Positions 47,711-59,899 of a DNA stretch of 64,000 nt are shown here, piece after piece. Both the position numbers and the translations under genes were made by a program. The notes under the pieces are model-generated. The model made no database searches. It was not told where the DNA came from and was given only the letters and a program-made list of their open reading frames with translations. Location: the NCBI GenBank assembly GCA_051294905.1, contig CM119378.1, positions 5,952,001 through 6,016,000 of the forward strand, read 5' to 3'. Numbering within the stretch: position 1 is the first letter of the stretch; every line of letters begins with the position of its first letter. This DNA is from Botryllus schlosseri (taxonomy: Eukaryota).

Positions 47711-50700
47711 CTATTGGCTAGAATTGTCACGATTTGATAAAGATTGTAGCTGCTTTTGTTGTACTTTATTACGCATTTGTCCCAGTGTCCCGCAACGCCT
47801 GTACGCTACTGCAAAGCATCCGAAGGATAACACTTTTACAGTAGCCGCTAAAAATGAAAGTTGATGAGCGAAAATATTTGCCTCTAACTATACACACAAT
47901 ATGTTACTTACCCATTAGAATGACGGATCTTGAAAAACTTGCGTTGTTGTACGTCCAGCAAAATTCTCCTTCGCCTTTTCCCCTCATCCACACCTCGCAG
48001 CTTGCATCAAAGACGTAACCGATAATCAGCGGGCTCGGTATACTGCCAATCACGCGTATTGCGAACCAGTGAATTCCAATTGCGAACGACTTCAAATCTG
48101 GCTCTACGCATCTGACAAAGGCAAATAAGTTCCACCAGACACATGAACCTTCTGTCAAGGCGACAAACCTCATTACAGCCAGAACGGATAGGTTCGTCAC
48201 AGAAAAACTGAGCAGTATTGTGAAGAATAGCAAGATTAGAAATGGCACGAGCTTGTCACAGTGCTTTTGGCAGGTTCCCGTCCTCGCGGATCCGACCATT
48301 GAATTATTACTTCGTATGCAGGAACAGGCTTCGAACACCTGATGGCATGGAGAATATACGTTCAAACTTTACAACTCCTAAGCTGTGTGTAACGTATTCG
48401 GTTCTCACTCTTCCGATTCGTATCTTACAGATCATGGTTTCCCAACCTTTGGGCCATGGCTTCCAAGGGGTAAAGAGACCTTTCCAGGGGGCAGGAAAAA
48501 TTTGAAATAATTGATCATCTCTATGTCTACTCCACTATAACAAAAACATAAATTTAAATTACAAAATACTTGTGGAGCAATAAGCTAATTTTTAATCTCG
48601 AGTTTTCATTCTTTTTTCCACCACCAAACCAGTAAGCAAAAACAAGCTCAACCTCTACATTAAGTGAATGTATCGAAACTAATTAATGTATAATCATGTT
48701 GAATTTATACCATTTTATCATTCTAACTACCGGTTTTTGTATAACCTATTTTATATGATTATGACATTTTCTTAATTTCTTCCAAAGTTTGAAAGGTAGG
48801 GAGGTTGTTTAGAAATTTTGTCAAGGGTCGCGGAGCCCCCGTTACAGGTGGTGGTTATGCTTCATCGTATGGCCCCATATTTTCATGGCGCAGGTCTAAT
48901 TTGTTCTCCCATAACTGACGTCGTTGTGACAGCTGGGTCGATCGTGTGTTCATTCTTATTCCAATAGCCATAGTCCGATGAACTTAACCCAGCCTGGTCT
49001 TCGGATACACGCTTGCAACCCGCATGACAAGCCGAGAAATAGTCAATCCCATCTTCCCCGCATACTGGTCTGTAAATTTTGTGGTCGCATTCACATTTCA
49101 TTTCACTCCGACAATTCTCCGATTCTCTGCAATGACGATTGAGTTACGATTCCAAACCCACGGCGCGCACGACTTCTCACTTGTGCACGAGACCGGGACA
49201 GTACAGGAGCATATTAAAATTGAGAAGTCCTGTGATGACAGTCAGTATGCAGGCGAGTCTCAAAATGCCACGTATTTTCACTTTAAATTTCCTCACAGTA
49301 TACCCTGCTGCAACTTGACCACATGCCGCGCCCGGGACACTGACACCACCTGCATCATGATATAATGGATATACAGAGCGTGATAGAGTAATGCTAGCAT
49401 CAATTCGTAGTTTAAATTGGTGCCCCCTAACCTTTTTGCAGTTCACGACCCACTTTTCACGCGGGTATCATTGTGCGACTCACAATGAGATATGTCAAAA
49501 CTAATGACAGACAAAATAGTGAGATAGGAAATCATGTATGCACAATTGCAGATGCACATGCAATTTACCATTAATGAGGAAGTTGAGCCTACACATTATA
49601 TTGTTTATATTATCAGACCAAGTTTAGGCCTTATAGCTTGATTTCCAGAGAAAAATCAAGAAATAATGAAAATTGAGATAAAATGACGTTCAAGGCACCC
49701 CTTGCCAATTTTACCGACTCGCCTATTGCTCAATGTGAATTTCACCTATAGTGCTGAACTGCTGGTTCTCAGCCGTTGTGCCGTGACACACTTGGACTGC
49801 TCAGGTGTGCCGCTTGTAAATATGGTAAATAAGGTCGACGTGGAACATAAATTAGGGAACAAAGATAACCATTGTAGCTAGGGTTGCATTTAAAACAAAC
49901 CGCGTTTCAAACAATGTTTTAAACAAACGCCTTTTTTTGTTTTTTCAAACGCTGTATAATTATGCTATAATTGTGTAAACACTTTCGAAAAGTATCTAGT
50001 ATGGGCCTACGGACGATTTGCACCCATTTTAGTCGACGTATACGATAGAGAGTGGCTAAAAAATCGTCGTTGGTTCGACAGTTATAGTAAGTACATGTAT
50101 ATAATTGGTACGGAATGGGTGTTCTGATGATGATGACCGCCGACCATAAAAATGCTGCATAACGACTTAGCCATGCCTAATGATGGTCTTAGTCTGTTTA
50201 TGACGGCAGTGGAAGCCCTTTTCTTCGAAAGAGTCATATTTACCGTATTTATTTACAATTGCCAATGCCAATCCATTGAGACGTCACAATTAAATATGTT
50301 TTAAACATGCGTGTTTCAAATTGATTTTTGTTTTAACTACAACCCCAATTGTGGCATTGTCGGTGGTTCAATTATTTTACCCGTTCAAAGCCACGCAGTG
50401 TGAAATGCAATGTAATGGACAGACAGGAGAATATAAAAACGACCGAGTAGTGTCTCACAATCTGTATCCCCCTCAGCCCAAGTCCCTATGTAGCATTGTT
50501 CGATCTTTTTCTTCCTTTGTTATTGGATTCATCGCTCCTTTTCATTCTATTTCTTGAATTCGTCCTTGATCTGATCTGGCTCTGGACTTTTTTAACGACA
50601 GTGTTAGCATAGCGACGAAGGGGAGGGTCCTCCGCCATCATCGGTTCGCCCACGTATAATATAGTTTAGAACAGTGGTTCCCAACGTGGGCGATGTGGCG

Positions 50701-53700
50701 GCCTAGGGGGGCGAAAATGACGAAGGGGGCGATAGGGGGACGAAAATGGACAAAGGGGGCGACAGGGAGCGAAAATAGCGAAGGGGGCGATAGGGGGCGA
50801 TGACGCGTTAAAACGGTTATTTTGGAGGCAATTCGGAGAAATGACCTTTTTTTTTATTTTTTGGTCGACCCACGGAAATTTGGTTGCAAAAGTGTAAGAT
50901 TCGACAACGATCCGATAAGTTGACCTTTTTTTTTTTTTTTTTTAGTCAACCCGCCGATGACTACAGATTGTATACCGATTTTTCGGTTCACAAAATCTGG
51001 GGGGCGATGATCGGCCTTGAGCTAGAAAAGGGGGCAATGAGTCGAAAAAGGTTGGGAACTACTGGTTTAGAAGTTGATAATTTAACGAAGGGGAATCACT
51101 GAGGCAATTCTATTGTGATGCTGACTGTCGAGGTTTGTCTGAAGGTATTGATCTTTTTTTTTTTTATCTAATCAACCCCATCAGAATCAAGGGCTGAACT
51201 GTGACATTACGTCGGCTGATGAGCTTTTTCTGTTTCTTTTTTAGTCGTCTTCTTGTCAAATCTTGCGCTCGTGGTACTTTTTGTTATAGTCTTTATGTTA
51301 TTTCGACCCATATTGCTCATTATGATTCCTAAAATAACAACTTATAGCACGCGGTCCACTTTCACTCAAGAGTTGTTGTAAGACATCGCTTACCTAGATC
51401 ACAGGGGGATGAGGAACATAGATACACTTCTAACTGTAGCATTTAGGAAGGGGTTCTAGAGTCGACCTCGGTCAGACGCGAACCCACAACCCATTCGTGT
51501 TGCAGTGGTACAACGCACCATTACAATACTTGCCGCCACTCCGGGTACTCGAATTGCTAGGGTGCCGCAAGCCACACACTTTTGTTAACTGGGGAAGAAA
51601 TTGGAAAGGTAAAGGCGGGCCGGATATACACGCTGACCAATAACCAGAATTCTGAATCATGTCGAATTCACGCCCACGATTATTCTATTTTGCATTCTTC
51701 GGTGGTTCGTCATTTACGGCTAACTACATTCGAATTAAATTTATCACATTTTTCAATTATGATAAGAAATGTGAACCGATTCAATGTGATCGTTGATCTC
51801 AGTTGGATTATTTCGTGAGATTGAAGTTGGTAACATAAATCTGCAAATATTCATTCAAATGTCGATAAGCTAATACAGGTCCGAGTAGCTGTTGTCGCGG
51901 TCATTTTCCATCAGGCCGACATTGACACTTATCCTTATTCCTGAGACGTATGGTATGGCTATAACACGGTGCACTGTCGTTCTAGGAATCTACGCTTTTG
52001 TAAAATACGTGTATTCGATTACTGTGATGAGTCCGGATGATCATCCGCCGCTTAGCTATGGGGACTCAAAATAGATCGCGGTCGTTAGCGAACCAGCAAC
52101 TGATTAATGGATAACATTCCACTTCGTTTTATGCGTCGCATGTATTCACGGCTGCGATTACACTTCCTAATTGCGTTAGCAACAACTACACTGGTCAACA
52201 CATATTTTTACGCGGACAAAGTAAGAGTGGTTTTGGTGGTTCTGAAGGGCACTGATTCCGAATATGACCTCAGTTTTTTCAAATTGGCTTTTGTTTTAGA
52301 GATAACCCCTGGGGCTATTTTGACCAAAATCTCCCATTTTCGCAATAATGGCTAGATAGAAAATCGGCTCAGTCGCACTTGAAAGTTTAGAAATTCAATC
52401 TACTTGTTCTTTTTAAACAAAAGACTCTTTTATATCAAAATACAGCAACGGCGCTATATTTAGGGGTATTAGATTTATCATAGTTACACACTTTCACGGA
52501 TATCGTGTACATAAATATACTTCAGTCATGTATATAAGTATTTACATAGATACTCACATAACGTGGCATTAATTCTAACAGTTTTACGTCAACCACCTAT
52601 TGTAAATTTGAAATAATCAGTCGGAATATAATACTATTCATTAATTATAAGGCACAATTGTTTTTTTTGCACGATTTTCGCCTGTAAGCAATTTATTGCA
52701 TCAGTTTCTCGAAAGGTTCCAACAATGGTCTGTCATGATATATTCATCTCATCTGCCCTAATATCTTTCTGTTGTTGTTTTGATGTCTTGGTGGAACCTC
52801 TCCACTTGCTAATCAAGAAGATCATCAGTAAATATATGAAGATGACTTAACAGGAAGTGAACTTTTATGCTCGTTCCAGGTTTTCCATATGCGGATACGA
52901 ATTTTCGGACCAAATGTTTGTAGTTGGGTGCTATGTGATCAGTGATCCTCCAAACAATTTTAATTACGACATCTTAGGATAAATACCATGCAGTGAGCTC
53001 CTTCCTAATATGAAATTGGAATCTTTTATCCGTATTCGAATCGGAAATCTATTAAAGATACCAGATTTAAGCTTCTCGTTTGATAGGGATACTATGGGTA
53101 TACCCACTTTGTTGATTCAGCGGAAAATTATCCATTTACAAGTCTAAAGAAATGAGACTCATGAGCATGAGCATTGAGCATTGTAGTTAAGCTTTTCACG
53201 GACAAATTTTATAGCTTTATGCTCCTCTTTAATCTTGGTAGAATGACCAATTGATACAGGAGAATATGTATTTCCGTTGAGCAAAAGTACAATTTTTAGG
53301 CTTGACAAACTGCTTTTCTGACAAACAAATATTTCGCACAAGGTCATGTTAATATTGATAGAATGTCTGAGAACGACATGAGGGCTCTTCATAGTCAACT
53401 ATCTATTTATGCGCAGTATAAAATTACAAAAAACTACGATTTTCTTCCTATCAAGTGAAATATTCAAGTGTAAATACAGTAATTTTGAGCTTTTTTAGGG
53501 GCATAAATATCTCCTGAACGAGAGCTAATCTGGAAATACTAATCTGATATTTGTAATCAGCAACCTCAAAAACCCCAGAAACGGCTCTCAGATGTTCTGC
53601 CAAAAAAATAATTTTTCATTTTGTTGTTCAGTGTTATTCACCGTGCTTTCATACAATTTACTGTTGCTATTTATTGCAGCGTAACCACAACTAGTACACA

Positions 53701-56350
53701 GGCGTAAGAAAATTTTGTCGCTGGTTGGATTGCGTGTAAACAGCACGAAAGAGTGCTCGCGATCCGGAGGCTGCCTACCTCTGGCATACACAACAGACAC
53801 GAAACAACACGAGACATATCGTTGCTAGAAAACCAACCGTCTTATGTCCATTTTTTGGAAATTTTGACTTTTACCATATAATTTGGACATAAACCAGTTT
53901 TATTTTCAATTTACCCTGAAAACTTAAGTTCATATGTCCACTTCACTGGAAATTCGTGTTAGGGCTACTTAGAAACTTGGAAACCGGATAAAACGAAAGA
54001 TGTATGTCCAAATAGTGATAGAAGAAAAAATTAAAAAATACGAAAAGCGGACATAAGACAGTTTGGTTTTCCAGCGACAATATGGTTCCCAACGTGGACG
54101 ATATTATGCCCCCAGTGGGCAATTTTAAGAAACAAGGGGGCGGAAATGCCAAAGAGGGCGAAATGCTAGAACGTCCAGTCACATACATATTTAATAAACT
54201 CTGCCAAAATATGCACGTTAAGACGTCTCATTCTGAATATGACGCGAAGAAAGGGTCAACTCAACGGAAAGTAATACCGGATACCAGTTTTCCGAGCGCC
54301 TGCCTAATTTACCAGCGATCAGAGTTTGGTGAATAAATTTCCCGTTTATATTTCCACATTTCCGAATCCGTAAATTTGAGGGTGAAGATTTGTGTCAAGC
54401 TTGATAAGTGGGCAATGAGGCGAAAAAGGTTGGGAACCACTGCTCTATGCCTTGACGAGCATATGGGTTTATTTCCATTCCGAATACTCCGAGATATGCT
54501 CGACGTGCATTTGTTTGGAAATGTGATAGGTTTTGACCAGAGGTGGTCAGTAACGAAGTACTTCTACTTTTTGAAGTACTTGAAGTAGGTTTGCCTACTC
54601 AAACTACTTCAAGTAGTTATGATTTTAGACTACTTCTACTTCTACCTGACAGTTTTGTAGGCAAAAATAAGCGTAGAATACCTACTTACTTACTTACTTG
54701 TGAACCACCACTCCTACTTCTACTTGAGTAGAAATTCCGGAGTTACTTCTACTTCTACTTGAGTAGCGACGGTGACTACTTTGACCACCTCTGGTTTTGA
54801 CATGCTGAAACTTTGTTTATTACATTGATATATCTGTCAACGACGCTGATCGAATTTTTACACAAGAAAATAGTCAGGAATTAAGCCTCCATTGACGTGA
54901 TTTTGGCAATGGTAGTTTCGGGTTATGGTTAGATTTATGGGTAGGGTTAACAGTTGATTTTCGGGATAGGGTTAGTTTTAGGGTTGCAAAGACACATGCT
55001 CAAGTCAAGTATTGTATTTTATAGTTCTCTTTCATTGCGTTAGATTTTCATATGTTGGGCAACCATGGACATGTACAGTAACCACTCGCTACTTACCAGC
55101 CAACAATGACGCAGCTGTCGGCGATACCATGAACCGGTTCTGTAGAAATTTTGAAAGGAAGACGGAGAACCCATTGAGTAGGAAGCATTCTAATCCCGAC
55201 GCAATGATCGTAAAGAGAAACATTCGGTTTTTCAACAACGCGGTTACTGATGTCGAAAAGCGATAGACTTTGCGTTCACCCGCGGCATCGTCAGATGTAT
55301 TTTGATCCACCACTGAATTGTTATCCCCGCTTAAATTTCCGTTGGTACCTGAGTAAGTGATCTACATGTACCCAAGTACAAAAATCGATCTTTAGCTTTA
55401 TCGTATTCCAACTCACGGTGTAGCGTCTTGGGAAACTGTAGCAACAGGAAAATGCAAACAACTGCCATAATTGAGCTTAAAACAAACGGAGCCCACCAAT
55501 TCCCTATCCATGTCGGGTCTTGCTGCGATATCCCGGCTGTGTTGCCTCCAGGATGTACGAAAAATGACAGCGAATATCCACCAAGAAGATACCCGCATAC
55601 TGTACCTATCGATGAGCACCCACCGATAATACCTGCTTTGATCAAAGGGACAGATGAAATACGATTCTCTTCCTATAGTATTCTCAGTAATTTAACCGAT
55701 GTACGAAGCTGATTTTCCTTCCGTCGTGTTATCATCGATGTACGTCAAACTGAATGTGAGAATCGGAGCAGTGCCCACTCCTAGAAGAATATTTCCAATC
55801 AGGAATAACACTAATGGTATCCGCGAAAAAGAGAGGTCTCCATTTACATCCTCCCTTGTATAATTGTCCACGCACAAACCTGAATGATATCAATGTTGTC
55901 GACCCTATTTCACACTCAATATTTCAAATATTCCAACCAGAATCATTGAGATTATGTAAAGGTTCGTAAGCTTCCGAAACGAAATGAGGAAGGGCGCTGG
56001 TTATGCATCCGCTCACAAATACCACCATCCCGGCTGATATCATGCGAGGTTTATGTAGTTTTCTTCCATAGTATGTGATTAGGGGACATATCAGACACGA
56101 AGTGATGTCGTAAGCGGATGCGACAATTCCAGATAAGATGCTCTCGAAGTGGAAGCGCCGCTCAATCGTGGATACGTTAACACTGGTAATACCGTTGATC
56201 GTCATCCCTTCAAATACGATTTTGCCTTCAAATAACCAAGAATCTCACTTAACACTTCTCTTTACCGTGGATGATGGTAGTGAATCCTATCGCCATCAAA
56301 AATCCAGCTGTTGTACGGGAAAACTCCCAGACACAAAACCTCGCCCCCAT
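47711..56350 (-). CDS. SLCO4A1: Organic anion transporting polypeptide, OATP4 (SLCO4A1/4C1)-like; N-terminus may extend upstream
   Basis: Exons 56266 to >=56350, 55938-56207, 55697-55879, 55372-55632, 55097-55312, 49181-49349, ~48994-49126, 48169-48338, 47912-48111, 47711-47847. Motifs: GMTINGITSVNVSTIERRF..SAYDI..HKPR; TYIDDN; WIGNWW (OATP signature); FLSKFLQNRF; Kazal-like CECDHKIYRPVCGEDGIDYFSACHAGC; MRCVEPDLKSFAIGIHW; GSIPSPLIIGYVFDASCEVW..CWTYNN. Subfamily assignment is by eye. Confidence 0.92.
48430..48850. mobile_element. Degenerate Charlie-type hAT MITE in an OATP intron
   Basis: Left end ATGGTTTCCCAACCTTTGGGCCATGG resembles the CAGTGGTTCCCAACC TIR class; right end unclear. Confidence 0.35.
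49879..50347. mobile_element. TAGGGTTGCATTTAAAAC-family hAT MITE, copy 2
   Basis: TIR TAGGGTTG / CAACCCCA; TSD ATTGTAGC / ATTGTGGC (7/8). Confidence 0.85.
50672..51064. mobile_element. hAT (Buster/Charlie-type) MITE
   Basis: TIR CAGTGGTTCCCAAC / GTTGGGAACTACTG; perfect TSD GTTTAGAA (50664-50671; 51065-51072); GGGGGCGA repeats. Confidence 0.92.
51285..51545 (-). mobile_element. tRNA-derived SINE family 2, near full length
   Basis: Minus strand GTGGCGGCAAGTATTGTAATGG..GGGTTCGCGTCTGACCGAGGTCGACTC head followed by the GTCTTACAA..AAGTGGACCGCGTGCTATAAG body. Confidence 0.7.
54080..54442. mobile_element. hAT MITE related to 50672-51064, left end eroded
   Basis: TGGTTCCCAACGTGG ... CGAAAAAGGTTGGGAACCACTG. 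Confidence 0.65.
54538..54793. mobile_element. hAT (Ac-type) MITE, CTACTTCTAC-rich
   Basis: TIR CAGAGGTGGTCA / TGACCACCTCTG; perfect TSD GTTTTGAC (54530-54537; 54794-54801). Confidence 0.92.
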
Positions 56351-57983
56351 GTCATTCGCTCGTAAATGCTATCCTCGTTAGTAGAGTCAGTACCATTCTC
56401 TGTTGATAGCTTCGCAGTATGATGTAATGGGAAATTGCGTACCACCTGGCCGAGAGGAAATTGTTACTGTAACAAAGCATTTGACCCGCGAATCATTTGT
56501 AAATAATTAAAGTCTCGATGTGCTTGCAACATGCGAAACGTCCGTGGCATTTCGCGTGATTGCCACTTGTCGTTAATGGGGCTCTTGATTACCGTCGTCA
56601 ACAGATTAACCACTTCACTGTATTAACACTTATGCGGATAATAATTGAATCCCGATTGATGTGTCTAATGTCACAGACTTACCGGTACTTGTGCAATGTT
56701 TTACGACCCTATGCCAAGAGTGAATTACCGAATTTTCTAGCACGAATGCCTCTGGATGTAGCGGATTCGCATACCAATTTGATTGTGACTATACTCTATT
56801 TAGTAACCGGTCGGAATTTTAATTGTTTACTAATGTAGTTCCATCATCATGTGTCAAAATTGATAACTCCACATCTTCAGGCAAAGCGGATGTCGAAATT
56901 GAAACATTTGAAGGTGGCACATTGATGCACGCGATCTATCTGCGTTTGAGCGTATCGCGTTCTTATTTAGTTAAACTAGCATTCATTGCTGTAAGAGGTC
57001 ACACACTTTTCCAGGATCTAAATTTGAAATAGCATCATATCTCCCAAGTGCCATTGATATGTAGTTGATAATAATGCTTTTATCATCTGACCTTCGACTC
57101 CACAGCGCTGTCTAACTGTCATTGTAGGTCGTGATAGAATTGCTTCACTTCAGTAATTATTCGACTATTCCGGTATCCTTGTGGAATACGCTGATGCATG
57201 AAATTCATTCACATATCCACTTGATTATTGGCATATTTTGCATTAGCTGATCGTAATCAAACTGCTGTCCAAAATTATCGTCTCGTCGTTATGGGAATGC
57301 TCAAGATCGTGGCGATTTGACTATATTTTCGCAGCAAACGTGATTGAACTTTTGACCTGCTATGAGTGATCAAACGTTTGATTCGTAGTATACCCTTCAC
57401 TTATAGCAATCTCGTCCAAATGGTATCACATTAAATTGACGGTCGTCCACGATTTTGTTTACAATCGGCGAAACGTTGTGTAGTAATTGTACAGTAGCGA
57501 ATTCTTGGATGTATTCTGCAAGCGGATGTCTCGCAACATATTTCGGCATTCATGATAATGCTATTGTCTTTATAATGTAGAGTAACGCCTCTAAACCGAT
57601 GTTGGTATTGGTAACATGAACAAATGAACATACGCCGTTGTTTCATCTTGTAGGTGGATATGATGTATCCATCTGGTTCTATGATGTGACGCGTTTAACG
57701 AGTGCTCTAGCTACATACCAAAATATCATCATTACACCATGCTCAAATAATAGAAACGACAGGATGATGCGTAGTAGATGTGTAGTAGTTACTTATCATG
57801 GCTATTCTACACCATCTATCTTTGTATACCGTAACGCATACTATTCTGGCGGTAAAATTCATACATTGATAGAAGTCAATTACCCGACGGCAGGCGTTTT
57901 GATCTTTTCATTTCATTAATTAAATCGGTAGGTTAACACGGGTTATTTTTCTCGTTCGGCTAGGATTCATCTGTCTTATAATC

Positions 57984-58414
57984 CAGGGTTGTAATGACTG
58001 GACTTGAGGCAATTTGTGTATTGACTCGACTTGTACTCGAGTCATTGCGCATGACTATAGACCAAGTCATACGACTCGAGATTCGGATGACTAAAGACAG
58101 GCATTTCGTTGTAACATCTAAAAATAGTAAGCTGTACCTCTATTAGTATTGGTTTTTGTAAAATACGGCCAGCAACTGCCTAAAGTGATGAAATTACTAT
58201 ATTATGAATGCAAGGGATTCAATATCACCCGACAGACTTCGACTCGGACTCGAGTCTCAACATTAATGTGACTCGGACTCAAACCTTTGAACCCTGACGT
58301 GAAGTCGAGCTTGACTCGGAGGTGAATTGAAAGTTACTCGACTGGACTCGAGGCATAACTGTGAAAGTAGAATTGTCTTGTGAATCGGTACCTTGTGAAT
58401 TGGTTACAGCCCTG
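57984..58414. mobile_element. hAT MITE (GACTCGAGTC-array family)
   Basis: TIR CAGGGTTGTAA / TTACAGCCCTG; TSD TTATAATC / CTTTAATC (6/8); homologous to 13907-14486. Confidence 0.8.
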
Positions 58415-59258
58415 CTTTAATCCTGGCGAAATTGCAACTCTGATTCCGACTCAAACTGGTTGATTGTTGTTGTTGTTGTTGTTTATTAAACAAAAAAGAT
58501 TTGGTGAACAGGTTGGTAATCTGACTGCTAAACGACTATGCTCCGACTCCCCGGTACTGGGGTAAAGTTGGTAGAATATCACGTTAAGAATAGAACAGCA
58601 GAGGTGAATTGGAATGTGTGCATTGGGACAGAATTCGGTCCGCACCGCCACGTGGATTAGTTGCAGCTTGATTTGAGCTCGAAATTTCGTACTATTTTGT
58701 ATCGTTGATTATTCGAGTGGTCATTCAGTACGACATATTCAAGCCCGAACCGTGCCCGCCGACCGCACCTCTGCAGCAGACGTGATATGAGATAAGCCGA
58801 CCACATCGCTTAGTTAAATTTTATCCGAATCCTCTGCGGATGGGCTTGATTGTCACGATAATGCAAGATAATGTGAAAAGGTAACGTGTAAATCGTAACG
58901 ATACTCCTGCGGCGTCCATGAGCGATGATAACGCACCAACATATTGGTGATTTTGAATTAACGATACAGCAAATAGCGCACATCATAAAACAAGCTCTTT
59001 ATAAGTTGTGACCAAACATGGTTTAAAATCAAATATTATCTTCTCATTTTACGATATGGCAATGGTCACGTTTCTTCGTCTTCATTTTCATCCGCATTGC
59101 TCGCCGCGTTTATTTTGGATGACTTATTCCGTCCTGCTAATAGAATGATAACAATCATCAACCGGGGCTAGGAATACTTATCGCAGGCCCCGCATCAACC
59201 TGAAAGCGCCATTTTGGGAATCCTGTGTTTTCTTGATGAATCATACATCAATTAAATA

Positions 59259-59760
59259 TAGGGTTGCATTTAAAACAAACAGTGTTTTAAAACACTTTGT
59301 TTAAAACATGTTTATCACTGTGTTTTAAACAAATGTCTTTTCACAAAAAAGAGAATTGTGTTTTTTCAAACGTTGTATAATTATGCTATAATTGTATAAA
59401 TACTTTCGAAAAAACATGTAGTATCAGCCTACTGTCGATTTTCACCCAATATAATCGACCTATACGATGCGGAGTGACTGGAACTCTCGGAATCGTCATC
59501 GGTTCAACACTTATAGCAGGTAGAGATTATAGATGCGGATATTGGTGTTCTGATGATGATGACCGCCAATCTTACAAATGCTGCAAATGCTGATAGTGGC
59601 CGGAAGCCCTTTTCGATGAAGGAGCCATATTTACTCTATATTTGCAATGTTCAATTGTGACGTCAAATTAAATATTCGTGACGTTATGACTAAAAAACAG
59701 TAAAAAACTTGTTTTAAACAAGGGCCATATTTTAAACATGGTTGTTTTAAATTTCATTAC
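59259..59760. mobile_element. TAGGGTTGCATTTAAAAC-family hAT MITE, copy 3
   Basis: Left TIR and internal blocks shared with 35569 and 49879 copies; right end degenerate. Confidence 0.7.
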
Positions 59761-59899
59761 CACCGATGACTATTTTTTGGTCACCATATGTCCTCCTTCA
59801 GGAGGATTTGTCAACCTTTTTCCGGAAATCGAAAATGTTCTCAGAGGATGCCTGAATGTACTCCTTTTTAGAATTCGTCCCCAAAATATGGTAACCCTA

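Noticed and set aside
54915-54990. TTAGGG-like degenerate repeats as interstitial telomere (also ~37970)
   Set aside because: Only scattered imperfect units; no tandem telomeric array.
56380-56960. Additional 5' coding exons for the OATP gene
   Set aside because: Several open segments with possible splice sites exist (e.g. ~56830-56935, ~56690-56790), but I could not chain them unambiguously into the TM1 exon.
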